Source: Vitrella brassicaformis CCMP3155
Taxonomy: Eukaryota; Protista; Chromerida
Assembly (NCBI GenBank): GCA_001179505.1
Contig: CDMY01000520.1
Coordinates: 248,001 to 312,000 of the forward strand
Direction of reading: 5' to 3'
Length of the DNA: 64,000 bases
Positions within the stretch are counted from its first letter, which is position 1, and each line of letters begins with the position of its first letter. Shown here piece after piece: positions 1 through 12,813 of this stretch. Both the position numbers and the translations under genes were made by a program. The notes beneath the pieces are model-generated. The model did not search any database and had not been told where the DNA came from. It saw nothing but the letters and a program-made list of their open reading frames with translations.

Positions 1-1769
1 GTGGCGACCAAATGGAGGTACAGTTGTTTCTCCGAGTGTAACCGTATTCTCTTTTTCCGCAGATCAGTCGGCTTGTGGTAACTGAACACGCAACACACAC
101 AAGGAGAGAGAGAGAGAGGAGCAGTGGCATCTCATTCTCTTCGTTGACGCATACATTTCCAGCACAATCTCTTCGTCCCGTCTCAGCTCGTTGATCTCCA
201 TCAGCGACCAACACCTGCAGAGTCACCCACATACATATACACACAGAGAGCAAGGAAGGAAGACATGATGTCCGATTGCCCCGACCCTGCTGGCCGAACA
301 GCCATCGGCTGACAGGCATAATGCAACCAACAGGTTCTGTGTTGCACAACGTGGGAACACTCTCACTGCGCCGAGAACAGTCAGCTAAGTGCGTTGGATG
401 GTTGTGCAATCACGCGCAGACACGTATGGCATCGATCGGCACACATACCTACCTGGTGGAGACTTTGTGTTTCTTCGGCTTGTAGTGTTTGAACTCGAAA
501 AAGATAGAACAGTCTGCACATGGACGGACAAGACCCCACACACGAAAGTGCGCAGGTTGCTGCGCGCATTGTGTGTGCAAGTGGATGCGATGCGTGGCGC
601 ACCTTTTCTCTGCATGTCTTCGAGAGAAAGGCCCAGGTAGACAGTGCACCCAAACACCACATAGTCGTCCGTCCTGCAATGCAATGGCATTGGACGAATG
701 GCAGCAAACACATAGATATTCAGCAATGATTCGGGCAGACCTGCATGCTCTGCGCACCTCTCTGTGGCCACTGGCGTATCGTGACTCGACAGAACAATCT
801 GATTCTTGTTCTCTGTTGCCAACAAAAAACAGCCAGGAAAGACTTCACGTCCAAAGACTTCACATCCAATTTCCCCCAACACGCCGACACACGTCAGTCA
901 CGTCATTGGTGCACCGACTGACCTGCGATGAGTACGGTCATGAATGGGTTGATGTACGTCTGTGCGTCCTTGAGGCCTATCTTGTCAATCTTGATAGCCA
1001 CGAGGGTGCCCTGCACCTTCTGCAGCGCCTGAGATACGTGCTGGAAGTCGGAATACGGCTCGTCCGTGTCACCACATATGATCTCACCGCTGACACAGAC
1101 AGCAGCAAGGCGAACAGAGAGTGCTGCGGGACGGTGTGTGGACTGCGCGTGTTGCTTACGCCGTACTGGGCCGCACAGGCTGCACATTGGCATACTTGTG
1201 TGGCTCGACAGAGAAAGGCGCCTTGTCGCTGCTGAACAGCGTCTCGAACACTGCAGCCGAGACGACAAGTGAGTTTAGTGAGGCACCATACCCATGCATT
1301 CATAGAGCTCTGAGCTTGTGGCCAGCCTGGTACCTGGAATGAGCGCCTTCATGTCCTGCAGGCTGACAATTTCTCTCATGGTTCTCAGCGACTGCGCCCT
1401 CGCACTCAAACACAGGATCAGCCGATGCATCAAATCCTGCAGCAGCCAGCCATTCAGCGAGAGACAGGCCCACACACGGGCGCGTACATGCTTTGCAAGC
1501 GCCGCACCGACCTGCTTCTCTTTGTCAGTCACCTGTTCCTCTGAAGTCAGATAGATGCGTCCCTGCTTGGCCGCCATGACGCTCGCCAGGCTGCAGACAG
1601 ACAGACAGACAGGCAAACATGCTGATGTGATAAAAACCCAGATACTCACTCACTCAGTGTATCCCTCCTGTGCTTCGAGGAGCTGCCCCCATGAGTCCTC
1701 CTGCACCCGCTGCCGAAACTTCTCCGCCCACTCGCGGCCGATGTAGCCCTTCTCGGTCGACACAGACAT
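1..1769 (-). CDS. AIDA: AIDA-like protein (N-terminal helical domain plus AIDA C2 domain), multi-exon; 3' end runs off the window start
   Basis: Spliced peptides MSVSTEKGYIGREWAEKFRQRVQEDSWGQLLEAQEGY, GTLVAIKIDKIGLKDAQTYINPFMTV, SIFFEFKHYKPKKHKVSTR, CWSLMEINEL and KPTDLRKKRIRLHSEKQLYLHLVA match recalled AIDA motifs (DSWGQLVEA, KIGLKDA, IFFEFKHYKPKK, KPTDF...LYLHL). Confidence 0.9.
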
Positions 1770-2033
1770 CACACTCACATGCAGCGCTGCTTGACAAAGA
1801 TTGACACAAGGGGTGCGGCTGCCGAGGTGTAGTTGCGCTGGTCAGTTCAGGCTCTGCTGCGGGTGTTGCTTGCCCGCCATTTGTGTCGCATCACCGAAAG
1901 GCATTCGACCTGCAAAGGACAGAACAGGAGACGGAAGTGACCAACATGAGTGAATGAAGGGTTCTTCTTCGTCACGACACGCACCTGTCATTCTGTCATT
2001 CATGCTGCGCTCTGTCTTCCTTCTGTCGGCACG

Positions 2034-2060
2034 AGCTCGCAACGGTTGACTAAGCTCGCA
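2034..2060 (+). promoter_or_regulatory. Two copies of candidate promoter motif AGCTCGCA upstream of AIDA
   Basis: AGCTCGCA at 2034-2041 and 2053-2060, about 270 nt upstream of the AIDA ATG; the same octamer recurs in other 5' intergenic regions. Confidence 0.5.
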
Positions 2061-2890
2061 AGGGGAGAAGGGATAGGAAAGAGGAGGAGAAAAAGTGAGC
2101 TTCACCCTACGAAAGGTATGCGGAAACATAGGCAGCTGAGGGAAGGCAGATCTCTGCAGATTGGATGGATGGGATGATGACACAACAGACTCCCTCTACT
2201 GATCCACAGTGAGGAAACGTCTTATCCGGAATCATTCAGTGTCTGACGCCACATAGACACATACGTACCTCCATGCATTCCATTGAATGACGCACCTACA
2301 CACGGATGACGGCTCACAAACACACTCATCGATGCTGCTTCTCTCTCTCCGCTACGCTGCAGATCACAGGGCGATACCGGTCAAACGTTGCAATGAGTGA
2401 GGTACGCTGACAGCAGAGCAGCACACAGCTTAGGCTGCAGTGAGGTCGAGGCTGCACTCTGTTGTCTGCGGGCCTCAAGTCAACAAACGTGAGTGTGCCC
2501 GCCAGAGCAGCCTGATAGAGAGCATGTCAGTGCAGTCCCCTGAGCAGGGACCGCAGAGGCGAAGAGCACTCTGGGGTCCTACACAGGAGACCACAATGGA
2601 TCGATGATCCACTCACTATACACGTGTATAGAGGGAGGCGGCACTGTCTGTGTGTGTGTGTGTGTGTAGGTACGTGTCGGAAGCATTGATTGCATTTGGC
2701 GAGAAGGAGTGCAGGCAGCAAGGCTATGTGTGCAGACAAGACAGGCTGTAGTGGTGATCGACTGTCTTTCTGTGCGAGTATGTGGCCAGCGCGTGACCAT
2801 ACATGAAGACACCTCTTCACAAAAATGTCCTGATCCACCCTCCCTCATCATTCACGCACAGACACACCCATCCGTCCATCCGTCCATCGG

Positions 2891-4024
2891 TCACCCTCCC
2901 CCGTATCTCTCGGCATACAAGGCTATCGGCTCCTCATCCAGCAGACCCGCATTCCTTTCCACATACTCGCGCAGGCGCGTCTTCCTGTCGTAGAGATACG
3001 TGTGGTTGAGGAAGTCCGCCTCGACTTGCGGCCCCAGCCGCCTGGCGGCGAGGACGCAGTGCCGCAGGTAGGGCCTGCATGGCCAGATCTCCCCCTGCCA
3101 GTGCCAAATGGTGTCGATGCCCCGGTGGGTGACCTTTTTGTGCCATTCGTCCATCCCCCACTTGTCCTGCAGCATCTTGTCACTCGCCCGTGCGCACAAG
3201 AGACCCTCTGTGGACACACTGCATTCAATTCAGCACGAGCAGCACACAGCGCAGCAGATCAATCAAGAGACCCATGATGACATACATCGATCTGTCTTGT
3301 GGGTGGGGTGTTTTCTTTTCTTCGCATTCGCTCACCCACCCATTCATGTCTGTGACGGGCACTTTCAGAATCTCGAACTCCCATTCTCGCTGGTAGAATG
3401 CGTCCAGGTCGCTGACAGGTATCTCGAATACGGTGACGAGGAAGCCCTCGTCCGTTTGGCCATCCTCGATGCGCTCTGCAGTCAGGCCCGAACACTCGAG
3501 AGTCTCCCGGTTGGCGATCCCGGTCTCAAACCTAGATGGGCAATCGGCAACCATCCCATCAGCGTCATCGTGTGTGTCTGTGTGTGTGTCCAGGCCTAAG
3601 TGGTTGGCTCACCAGTCGGTGACGGGATGCTCGAAGACACGTCGGAATCCTTTGAGTCTGCCGAGTCTGAAGTTGATGAGATGGGGGAAGGTCATGCGGG
3701 AGCTCTTCTCGCCCAGCAGAGAGCCAATGCCAACGATCGTCTCATAGCCCGGCGTCGATGTCATGGCAACCGAGAGAGTCAAAAGCGACTTGCTGATAGA
3801 TGCAGCCAATATGCTCAGATCAGACTCTCAGCCTGTTGTGCTTGCGTGCATACCAACCCAACCTGAGGAAGCAGCCACACACACACACACATGCTCCACA
3901 TGAATGATGCTCTGCCGTAGCCGTACCACGCAAAGAAGAAGAGGGCGAAGAGTATAAGCAGCAGCACCGTCGCATACACCTCAAAGTCCATCCCAACGTC
4001 AGCAGCAACCCCAGCACATGACAC
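2891..4024 (-). CDS. Conserved uncharacterised protein with a gamma-glutamylcyclotransferase-like N-terminal motif and a probable N-terminal TM segment; multi-exon
   Basis: Exons encode ETIVGIGSLLGEKSSRMTFPHLINFRLGRLKGFRRVFEH, LVTVFEIPVSDLDAFYQREWEF and IWPCRPYLRHCVLAARRLGPQVEADFLNHTYLYDRKTRLREY, resembling a recalled plant/algal GGCT-like family. The first exon encodes hydrophobic VLLLILFALFFFAW. Start codon uncertain. Confidence 0.7.
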
Positions 4025-4107
4025 GGGCAGGAGTGGGCGTAGATCAGTCGATGATCAGAGTCCGCTCCTTCCCGACGTTGCCGGTTTCAGGCAGCACCCT
4101 AGGCGTC

Positions 4108-4115
4108 TGCGAGCT
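4108..4115 (-). promoter_or_regulatory. Candidate promoter motif AGCTCGCA in the GGCT-like/USP divergent spacer
   Basis: TGCGAGCT on the + strand inside the roughly 320-nt spacer between divergent start codons. Confidence 0.45.
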
Positions 4116-4340
4116 CAGGAGGCGAGGTTGAAAGACGAAGCTCTGCCCCTTTTCGGAGTTTGTTCAACGTCCCATCCCTGCCTGAGTTGCCGTGATGCGT
4201 CCTAATTGAGTTCGGTTCTGTTTTTCTGCCGCGCGTCCTGTCGTCGCGGCTCCCCTCGGTCTCTGTCGCCGAGGAGAGTGGAGTGGGCAGCCGGCGGAGG
4301 GACGAGTCGACGGAGGAGCGAATGAGGACGTGCGGGCGTC

Positions 4341-7208
4341 ATGCTGACTGAGCAGCAGGCGCGGCAGCTGGTTATCGGGTGTGCGAGCAAGAAGGATGCC
4401 TTCGAGGGCGGCCGCGACGTCAACATCAACAGGCCTCTGCGCATCGGGCTGCGGAATGAGGGCAACTCCTGCTACCTCAACGCCCTCCTCCAGTGCCTCT
4501 TCCACTGCTTCCACCTCGTGCGCTACTTCTTGTCCAAGCGCCACTCGAGCACCTGCCCGGCCTACCAGCAGTACGCGCCCGGCGGAGGGAAAGAGTGGTG
4601 CCATAAGTACCCCAACGACTGCCTCCTGTGCATGGCGGAGCGGCTGTGCATCTACCTCTACGACGGCGGCAACCCGCACAACCACCAGTGGTCCTTCGGG
4701 CCCTCGGAGCGCGCCTTTGGCTTCACCACCCGGAACGCCCTGAGCATGATCAACCCGCAGTTCATCCCCGGGCTGCAGCAGGATGCGCACGAGTGCTTCA
4801 TGGGCCTGTGCGACAGCTGGGTGAGGTCGCTGTACTGCGGCCACGAGGAGAAGGACATTCCCGCCGCCCTGCGGACGGCCACCCACCTGCACCAGCTCAT
4901 CGGGGGCGTCACCATCAGCCGCGTCACCTGCTCAGGGTGCAAGCGGGTGACGGAACAGCGTGAGCCGCAGTTCCACATCTCCATCGACCTCGCCCCGCCC
5001 CACCACGTGGGCTGCCTGGCCGACGGCATCCGCAACTTCTGCCGCCCCGAGACGATCGACGACTACGCATGCGAGAGGTGCAAGGCCAAGCGGGTGGCCA
5101 TGCGGCAGTTCGCCTTCAGCGACTTCCGCCCCATCATCTGCTTCGCCCTCAAGCGCTTCCCCTGGGGAGCCAACACCTGGAAGATCAACACACCCGTCCG
5201 CTGCCCCATCGACCTCACCATTGCCACCGAGCAGGGCAACCTTCCCTACCGATTCGCCGCCGCCACCCTCCACCACGGCCGAAGCGTACGGGCGGGGCAC
5301 TACACGGCCGTCACCAAGACCTTCAGGATCGAGGCCGGCCGGGAGGTGCCGCGGGGCGGTATCGAGGCCGACGACAGCCACATCAGCTCGCTGGGCAACG
5401 ACCAGGCCCTGCGCGACCGGGTCAACCGGCCGTATTTCGAGAGCGACGTGTACATGGCCTTCTACGAGCGGGCGGGGGGAGCGGGGGCCAAGGGCGGGGC
5501 AGGTGTGGGGGCTGGCCTGGCCAACGGGCACAACCACGAGGGGCCGTCGCCCACCAGCACGGGCACCACCACCGCCAGCAGCTCCGTCAACGGTGACGTC
5601 AGCAACGGCAACGGCGTGCCGTGGTGCGAGCCGCCACCTGCCGCTGCTGCTGCTGCTGCTGCGGCTGCCGCTGCTTCTGCATCATCCACCCGTGTCAACG
5701 GCGTGTTGTCGAACGGCCGCAGCAACCACCCCCCACCATCCCCACCATCCCGCGCCCCCGATCGGGCACCCGCCCACCTCTACAACGTCAACAGGGCGGA
5801 CAAGAGGGTCACGGGCACCGGCTGCAAGAATAGCCAGAGGCAGATCAAGATAGTCCTCGGACAAAACAGACCCAAGACGTAAGTATGGGAGGGAGCGGAG
5901 GGGAGGGGAGGGAGCTCCACGTGGTGGTCGGTATCAAGTGTTCTCTCTCTTTCTGACTGCTGCTGTTGTTGTTGTTATTGTGTTTGTCTGTGAGTGCAGG
6001 TCTTTTATGAGCTTCATGGATGAGCTGGCCCCCTCAGACCCCTCAGCATCGCAGTCCGCGTCTGCATCTGCATCTGCGGCTCGGCCCCAACCGTCACCCC
6101 ACCCCCCCCAGCACCCTCCCTCCAAAGCAGCAGCCAAGGCCAAGAGCACTACCGACGTCAACGACGACAAGAAGCAGGCCCCCCTCGCATGCCTCGCTGG
6201 GGTGGGCAAGACCTCAAACAAGTTCGCAGCCCCCCGCACCATCCCGCCCTCCACCTCCCACCCCACCAAACCCCCTGCCAAGCCAAAGGTGCCGCAACCC
6301 AAGGCCACGGCGCCGGCGCCATCGGCACCGACAGTCGCCGCTGCTGCTGCCTCTGCGAGTGCGGGTGCGAGTGTCAGTGCCCCGTCGGTTGTGTGCCGGC
6401 CGCCCGTCAGCCCATCCAGGGAGAGGAACATCCAGAACCTCCAGCAGTTTGTCGGAGACTATGGCGACGACGACAACGGCGACACATCTGACGAGAAGAT
6501 GGAGACCCCCGTGTGCCCAGTGGGGGACACGGCAACGGACGAGGGCAGCAAGGAGGGGGGCGGTGGGGGCAGCGTTGGTGCTGCAGCACCAGCAGTGGCT
6601 CCTGGTGGTGCGGGTGCCGGTGGTGACGTCGAGATGCGGGATGGTGGTGGTGATCGGGGGGAGGAGCCGGCCGGGGGCAGCATCGGGGGCACCGGCACTC
6701 GTACGTCGATATTTGCGGGGTTTGGGCCGAGGGATGGAGGGGCTCCCATGGATAGGACCGTCTCTATCGATAACGCTAGCGCATCGCACCCCAATAGGGT
6801 GAGCAGACCACCCAACTCAGCAACTCAACTCGCCACACCTGCTGTGCTGCATCTGTTTGCTTCTTTCAGGCCACCTCGTCATTGTCGTTGTCGTATCCCC
6901 AGCCCCAGTCTCAGCCCCTCTTGCCCATCGTCACCCAGACGCTGGCCGCCTCCATCCGCCGCACCATCAACCCATCGGCGTCGACATCCACCGATCGGCC
7001 ATTCGGGGTGGAGCTCACCGACGGGGAGGCGAGCGGCCTGGTGGGGCATGTGGAGAGTGTGCTGGGGGCTGCAGCTGGCGCCGGTAGCGTGCGGGCGGCT
7101 GTCTGTGGTCACAAGCGGACTCGGGAGGAGGAGATTGCAGGTGGTGGTGATGGATCTGATGTCAACAAGAGGCAGCGGACGAACGGGGGTGGCAGCGGCG
7201 GCGGGTAG
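4341..7208 (+). CDS. Ubiquitin-specific protease (peptidase C19, USP36/USP42-like) with a long low-complexity C-terminal tail; exons 4341-5878, 6000-6798, 6870-7208
   Basis: Cys box GLRNEGNSCYLNALLQCL, QQDAHE, Zn-ribbon CSGC/CERC, His box HHGRSVRAGHYT and ADDS. The apparent stop at 5880 lies in a GTAAGT donor, and frames join across both GT-AG introns. The tail ends with a basic NLS-like HKRTRE...KRQRT. Confidence 0.92.
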
Positions 7209-8389
7209 GGTGTACAGGTGCAGTGAGTGCAGCAGGAGCCGCTTTCTCGATGGACTGGATACATCGATGGTCGGTCGATTTGTTGTATGTATGCCTGGTT
7301 TTGATTTGATGAATGCATCCGTTGGTTCATTGGTTGATGGGATGCATTCATTGATTGGATTGATTGATGTGTGAGAGAGAGGTGAGGTGGTCTGTTGGTG
7401 CGCATGGCATGGATACATGTGTGTGTGTGTGGGTGTGTGAAGGAATGCATTGGGTACGGTGTGATCTTGGCTGGTTGGTTGGTTGGCTGGCTATCGTATC
7501 CTAAGCAAAAGGAGACAGACGTTGATGTCTGGCTGGCTGTCTGTCTGGCAGCGAGGTCACATATCGATTACCATAGCACACCACATCCTCATCCACATCA
7601 TCACAGACAGCAGCAGCAAGAGCACCATGCACACACACAGACAGGCAGGCTCCCTCCCTCCAACACATGCGTTTTGTCGCATGACTGCAGGCTGCCTGGC
7701 TGCCTGCCTGGTGATATGGCGGCATTTTTTCCCTCTCCCTGTCTGTCTGTCTGTCTGCCATATTTGGCTGACCAATAGGGAGAGGGGTGACACAGGAGAG
7801 AGGCAGGGAGGGAGGAGAGAGAGGAGACTATATAAACACCACATCAATCATCATACCGAGCAATTTGCCGTGCGCCTTTTGGTAAGGGCAGCACGCATTT
7901 ATATCTCTGTCTGTCCGTCTGTCCGTCTGTCTGTCTACCGATCTGTCTCCAGTGGCACGGGTTGGGTATCAGTACCTAGGGCACGGGAGGGCAGGGCAGG
8001 GCGGGGGACGACAGGACACGACAGACACGGCACGGCTGTCGGCGACAGACGCGTAGCTGCCTACGCGCATTATTATCGATCGTGCTGGTGGGCTGGCTGT
8101 TGGTGTGAATGTATGTATTTGTCATGGGCGGACGAACGCTGGTGGACTGACTGACTGACTGGCTGGAGGTGCGGCTGATTGCTATCGCTGCCTGAGAATG
8201 AATGCCTCAATACTCGTCTGTGTGTGAGTGTGTGTGTGTGTGTGTGTTGAATTGCGTGTGGCGACTTGATTGGCATGACACAGCAATGCATTCATTGCAA
8301 TGAATGACCCGTCATTTCCCCCACATCAACCAACCCGAATCCGACACGCACCTCACCTGTCTGTCATGCGGCCGTGCACACCTTCCCTC

Positions 8390-8457
8390 CTCATGCTTAT
8401 CCTTGTGCTCCTTGCTCTTGCCTCTCATGCTTATCCTTGTGCTCCTTGCTCTTGCCT
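8390..8457. repeat. 34-bp perfect tandem duplication in the convergent intergenic region
   Basis: ctcatgcttatccttgtgctccttgctcttgcct occurs twice in tandem. Confidence 0.85.
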
Positions 8458-8667
8458 GCAGTCAAATCAAATGATTGATTGCAGGCAGCAGCAAGCACCA
8501 CAAGGGCAAGTATGACAAGGAAAGAGGGTAGGTAGAACAAATGCCCCATACGCTCACACTCAAATCACAAGTCATTCCATCAGGAAGCATGCATCGTCAA
8601 GGCCATCGATTGGCCTTTCCACCAATCACCACAGCATATCATATCCACACACGCGGACACGTCTCGC

Positions 8668-10339
8668 TCAGAGCCGGCTGCGGAGTCCACCCTCACCATC
8701 CCCCCTTGTCTGGCCCTTCGTGGACCCCTCTCCCCCTCTCTGCCTCTCTTGCAGCACCGTCTTACAGAAGGCCAGCGCCAGCCGATCCGCCCACGACTCA
8801 GACCAAAGGAAATTGGGGAAACCGTCCATCCAACTGCATGGCAGCCGCGCAGAGCAATTCATTGTCCGTGCATGTGTGTGCCCCCACCCTCCCTCCCACC
8901 TACCCACCCAATGTGTCCGCCTCTGTCGGTCGTGATGAGTATGATGTTGGGGTTGGCGAGGATCTGTGCCCTCGGGAGGGATGACGGGTGCACCACGGGG
9001 TCGTCCAGTGCGTTGATGGCCAGCAACGGCGTCTTGATGCTCTCCACATACCTACACACACCACACACCACACACCCATCGCCTATACCCACACACACAC
9101 CATCTCCCCCCTTTCCTTTGGCTCACCGTGCGCTCGATGCTTCGGTGTAGTATTCCTGTGCTGTCCTGTGGCCATGCGCCTTGGACGTCGCCACCTCATC
9201 AAAGGCGGGGAAGCCGCCCGTGAAGGGGTTGTTGACGTACCGCCTGATGTCCTCGAGCTCATCACTCGTCATGACGCTGTAGGGCGGCTCGGCGAGGCGG
9301 CTGATCTGGTGCCAGTTGCTGCGCACCAGGTGCTTGAGGGGGATGCACATCAGGAACCTATAGAACCGAACGGACAAAGTGGGCCGCACGACCGACAGGC
9401 GAACAAGGTCCCACTGACAAAGCGCAGGCACACACAAGACAGACAGACAGACAGGCAGGAAACGACGGACAAGTGAATGGCTGTGTGCTGTGTGTTGTGT
9501 GTTGGTGTGTTGGCATCTGTACCTACCGGATTGGCCACGGCAACAGCAGCCGTGATGAGCTCCGCCGCGCCGCCAGGATGGCCCTCCTCGCTGAGGAATT
9601 TCACCATCAGATTGCCGCCAAGCGAGAACCCCACCAGAAAGAGGGGGTTGTGGGGGAACCGCTCATGGATGTGATGCACGGTGTAGTGCAGGTCGCTCGT
9701 GCAGGCAGCCGAGTAGGTGAAGGGCGACGTCAGCGGCTGGCCGGCACACCCCCGCAGGTTGAGCGCCACTGCGTGCATGTTGTTCTCCAGGGCGTAGGAG
9801 AGCATGTGCCTGAGGTAACTCTCGTCGCTGTGTCCGTTGATGCCGTGGATGCAGAGAATGATAGGGGTGGGGGGCGGGGCATCCTCCTGGTGGGGATCTG
9901 TGGGAGGGTGAGGCGCAAAGTGCCAGTCCAAACAAATCGTCCCCCCGTCATAGAGCGGCCCGAGGGTCTCCCGCTGCCTCAGCTTCTCCAGGTTGGGCGC
10001 ACTTTTCCCAAAACCGATGCCCGTTGCGATGTGAGCGTTGAAGCCGACCCAGGCAGGGAAGTAGGCATCCAAATACCGCCTCAGCTGGTGCAAAATGCGC
10101 CGGTTGAGCTCAGATGGATGGCAAATGGCGACCACCTTTACTTTCCTCCTCACGAAGACGGCCAATCCGAGGAGCAGGGCGACGACTTTGGCTGCGGCTG
10201 TTCGCGTGGCGGGCGGGAGGGATGCCTTGATGAGCGACGAGGTCGATGGCTGCTGCGTGTTGGCCATCATCTCGGCGGCCTTCGCTGCTGCTGCTGCTGC
10301 ATTGTTGTGATTGTTGCTGCCGCCCGACCCTGGAAGCAT
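8668..10339 (-). CDS. Alpha/beta hydrolase, ABHD1/ABHD3/YheT (EHT1-like) family; multi-exon
   Basis: DGGTICLDW, IILCIHGINGHS, ALNLRGC, nucleophile elbow GFSLGG, INALDDPVV (acid) and RGGHIGW (His) occur in the expected order; N-terminal hydrophobic segment. Confidence 0.92.
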
Positions 10340-10567
10340 CGCAGATCTGCCAGAGCCCTCTTCTGACTACACAGACAGACAGACAGACAGACAGACAGAA
10401 CACCACAGAGAACAAAAGTGTGACAATCTATCTGGCATGTATGCTGCGCCATGCCATGCCATGCATCTCTATCCATGATGTGATGTGTATCACCTTGTGC
10501 AATTGGTCTTTCCCTTTCAGCTCCTCGCGACTCGGGGGAGGATATGGCCCAAAGATCAGCGTCCTGC

Positions 10568-10595
10568 CAGCCGTTGAGCTCGCAGTCAACGGCTG
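10568..10595. promoter_or_regulatory. 10-bp perfect inverted repeat enclosing the AGCTCGCA motif in the ABHD/GT90 divergent promoter
   Basis: CAGCCGTTGA-GCTCGCAG-TCAACGGCTG; AGCTCGCA at 10577-10584, 45 nt before the GT90 ATG. Confidence 0.55.
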
Positions 10596-10629
10596 AGCCA
10601 ATGCGTCTCGTTCGATGCTTCCTTTGCAG

Positions 10630-12813
10630 ATGAAAAGGCCCACGCAGAAGAAAAACAACCACACCAACGACGAGAAGCAACGAACAGAGCCCCCCACGTC
10701 TGCTGCACAGAATCCGGGTGGTCAGCAGCCTTCATCTGCAGCAACGACAGCACGCGTGAGAGCCGCGCGGCTCTCAGGTGCCGACCCACCCGACACCCCA
10801 ATGCTGCAGCCGCATGCTGACAAACACTGGAGTGCTCACCGCGTGTGGAGGGGTCTCTACTGGGGGGCCTGGATGAGCCTGGTGCTCAGCGTCGTGACCA
10901 TGCTGCGGGCATACTGGCTGTGGGGGACCTTGAAGTGGCCCTGGGGCGACATCGATGTGCGGAGAGACATCGATGTGCGGAGAGTGGCGATGCGGATGCA
11001 CATTGGGGGCGGGGGAGGACGGGACGACCTGATGAAGCGGCAGAAAGAGGTCTTGTTGCTGGAGCAGGGCGGATTCGCCCTGGCTGACGGGCTGCCCTAT
11101 GGGTATGACATTGAGGACGAGCGGCAGCGGCATCTGTGGAAGGGGACGGCGAGGATGTTCCTCAGCAGGCTGTCCAATATGACCAGGAGCGGGTGCAGGG
11201 CCTACTGGGAAGACACTGTGCGGGTGCTCTTCGGGGCTTTCGAGGGTGTGCATGACGACATACTGGAGAGAACCCTTGAACACTCCTTCCCGCAAAACAC
11301 TGGTCGGCCTGATAGGATGGAAGCCAACACATCTGCCATCACGCCCGCATTGCAATCCTTGTGTGTGTCTGTCTGTCTGTCTGTTGGCCTCCCCGTAGCG
11401 TTGCGTCTGAAGGTGGTCGACGGCAAGCTCCACTGCGTGCTTGACGGCCGGCTGAAGCCCTTCAAAACAAAGCCCCTTCACGTGCGAGACGTCCTAAAAC
11501 GGCTGGAGCGGGTGCTCAGCAAGACCGCTCCCACACCGCCCATCACCCAGCAGCAGCCACAAAAACAGCAACCACACCCCTTCGAGGGCGTTGAGTTCTT
11601 CATCCACCTCGACGACTGCCCCGCCCTGTGGCACACCGAGCCCCCCTTCTACAGGGAGAGGTGTCTCGACCTGGAGGTCGATGAGGACGGCGACGGCGAC
11701 GTGCTCAAGAGAAGGCGCCTGCAGCAGCCCTACTCGTTCGTCAGACACACGCCCAAGGGGCTGCTGCTGTCCATAAGCGGGTCGCTCTTCTTCAACACCG
11801 ACATCCCAGCGCTGCCGTACTTCCAGTTCAACCGCAAGGAGGACAAGGCCATGCGCGACGCTGTGTCAGGATACGTCGACGATGCGCGCAAGTGGAAGCG
11901 GGTGTGGGGGCGGAAGAAGGCGCTGCCTCATTTCGTGGGCCGGTTCACGACCGATGAGAGGCTCGTCTTCGCCTGTCTGGCCAACGTGAGGGATCAGCGC
12001 GTCAAGGCGGCGGGTGGCCATGCGCACCGGGGAAGCAGCAGCATGCAGCAGCGGCCCGTCTTCGACCACGTGTACCTTACGGATGTGAACAAGATCAATT
12101 GCACCCCAAGGGCAGAGGCGCTTCACAGGTCCGCTAAGTTACCCTCTACCACACACCGACAGACACGAAATGAATGACCCCCCATGTGCCTGTCCTTCTG
12201 GTCCGTCGTCTGTCCGTCTGTCTGCAGGATGTTCGGCTGTGACGCCTCGGCCATCTGTCGTGCGGACGCCGCGCCCTTCGAGCAGTGGTCGCAGCGCCAG
12301 CTGCAGCACAAGTTCCTGCTGGACCTGCCGGGAGTGGGTCCGTGGTCGACCCGTCTCCGGCTCTCCCTCCTGGCCGGCAGCATCGTCTTCCAGAACCTAC
12401 GAGCATTCACCAACCTCCAATTCTTCGACTATGGCCTCAAAAAGGGCGGCATCATACTGCCCTTCCAGTCGGTCGACGATCTTGTCCGAAAGGTCAGACA
12501 GACAGACTAGACTCCCTCGTTTTGTATGTGTATGTGTCTGTGTGGGTGCATATGCTTCGATGCGGTGCAGATGGCCATTGTGCATGAGGACAGGGAGCTC
12601 GAGCGGCGGATCGCTCGAGGTGCTCAGAGGTTTGCGTGGCGGTGCCTCAACAGCGACAGTCTGGACGCCTTCCTCACCGCACTGCTGACACGGCTAGCGA
12701 GGCTGCCGCGGACCCCCAGCGACAACAGGGGTAGTACTGCTGGTGGTGCGATGATGAGACAAGTGCCCATCGATGTCAGAAGCGAGAACTTCGACTACTG
12801 CTATGCTCCATGA
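10630..12813 (+). CDS. Glycosyltransferase family 90 (CAP10/POGLUT/KDELC-like) type II membrane protein; multi-exon
   Basis: TM segment LYWGAWMSLVLSVVTML. C-terminal KFLLDLPGVGPWSTRLRLSLLAGSIVF and ERRIARGAQRFAWRCLNSDSLDAFLTALL match the GT90 pattern (KY.ID.DG..WS.R; IA..G..FA...L). Confidence 0.75.

Noticed and set aside
4164-6815. Long antisense or alternative-frame ORFs over USP, and similar ones over ABHD, GT90, SPP and SF3B1
   Set aside because: These are expected shadows of GC-rich coding sequence, with no recognisable motifs.
7210-8660. ORFs in the USP/ABHD convergent interval and in 2200-2880
   Set aside because: They translate microsatellites (CVCV, TDRQ, THTH) and are best read as UTR or intergenic DNA.
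10948-10983. 18-bp tandem duplication (DIDVRR x2) in the GT90 stem
   Set aside because: It is real and in frame but most simply a neutral slippage event in a non-catalytic region.
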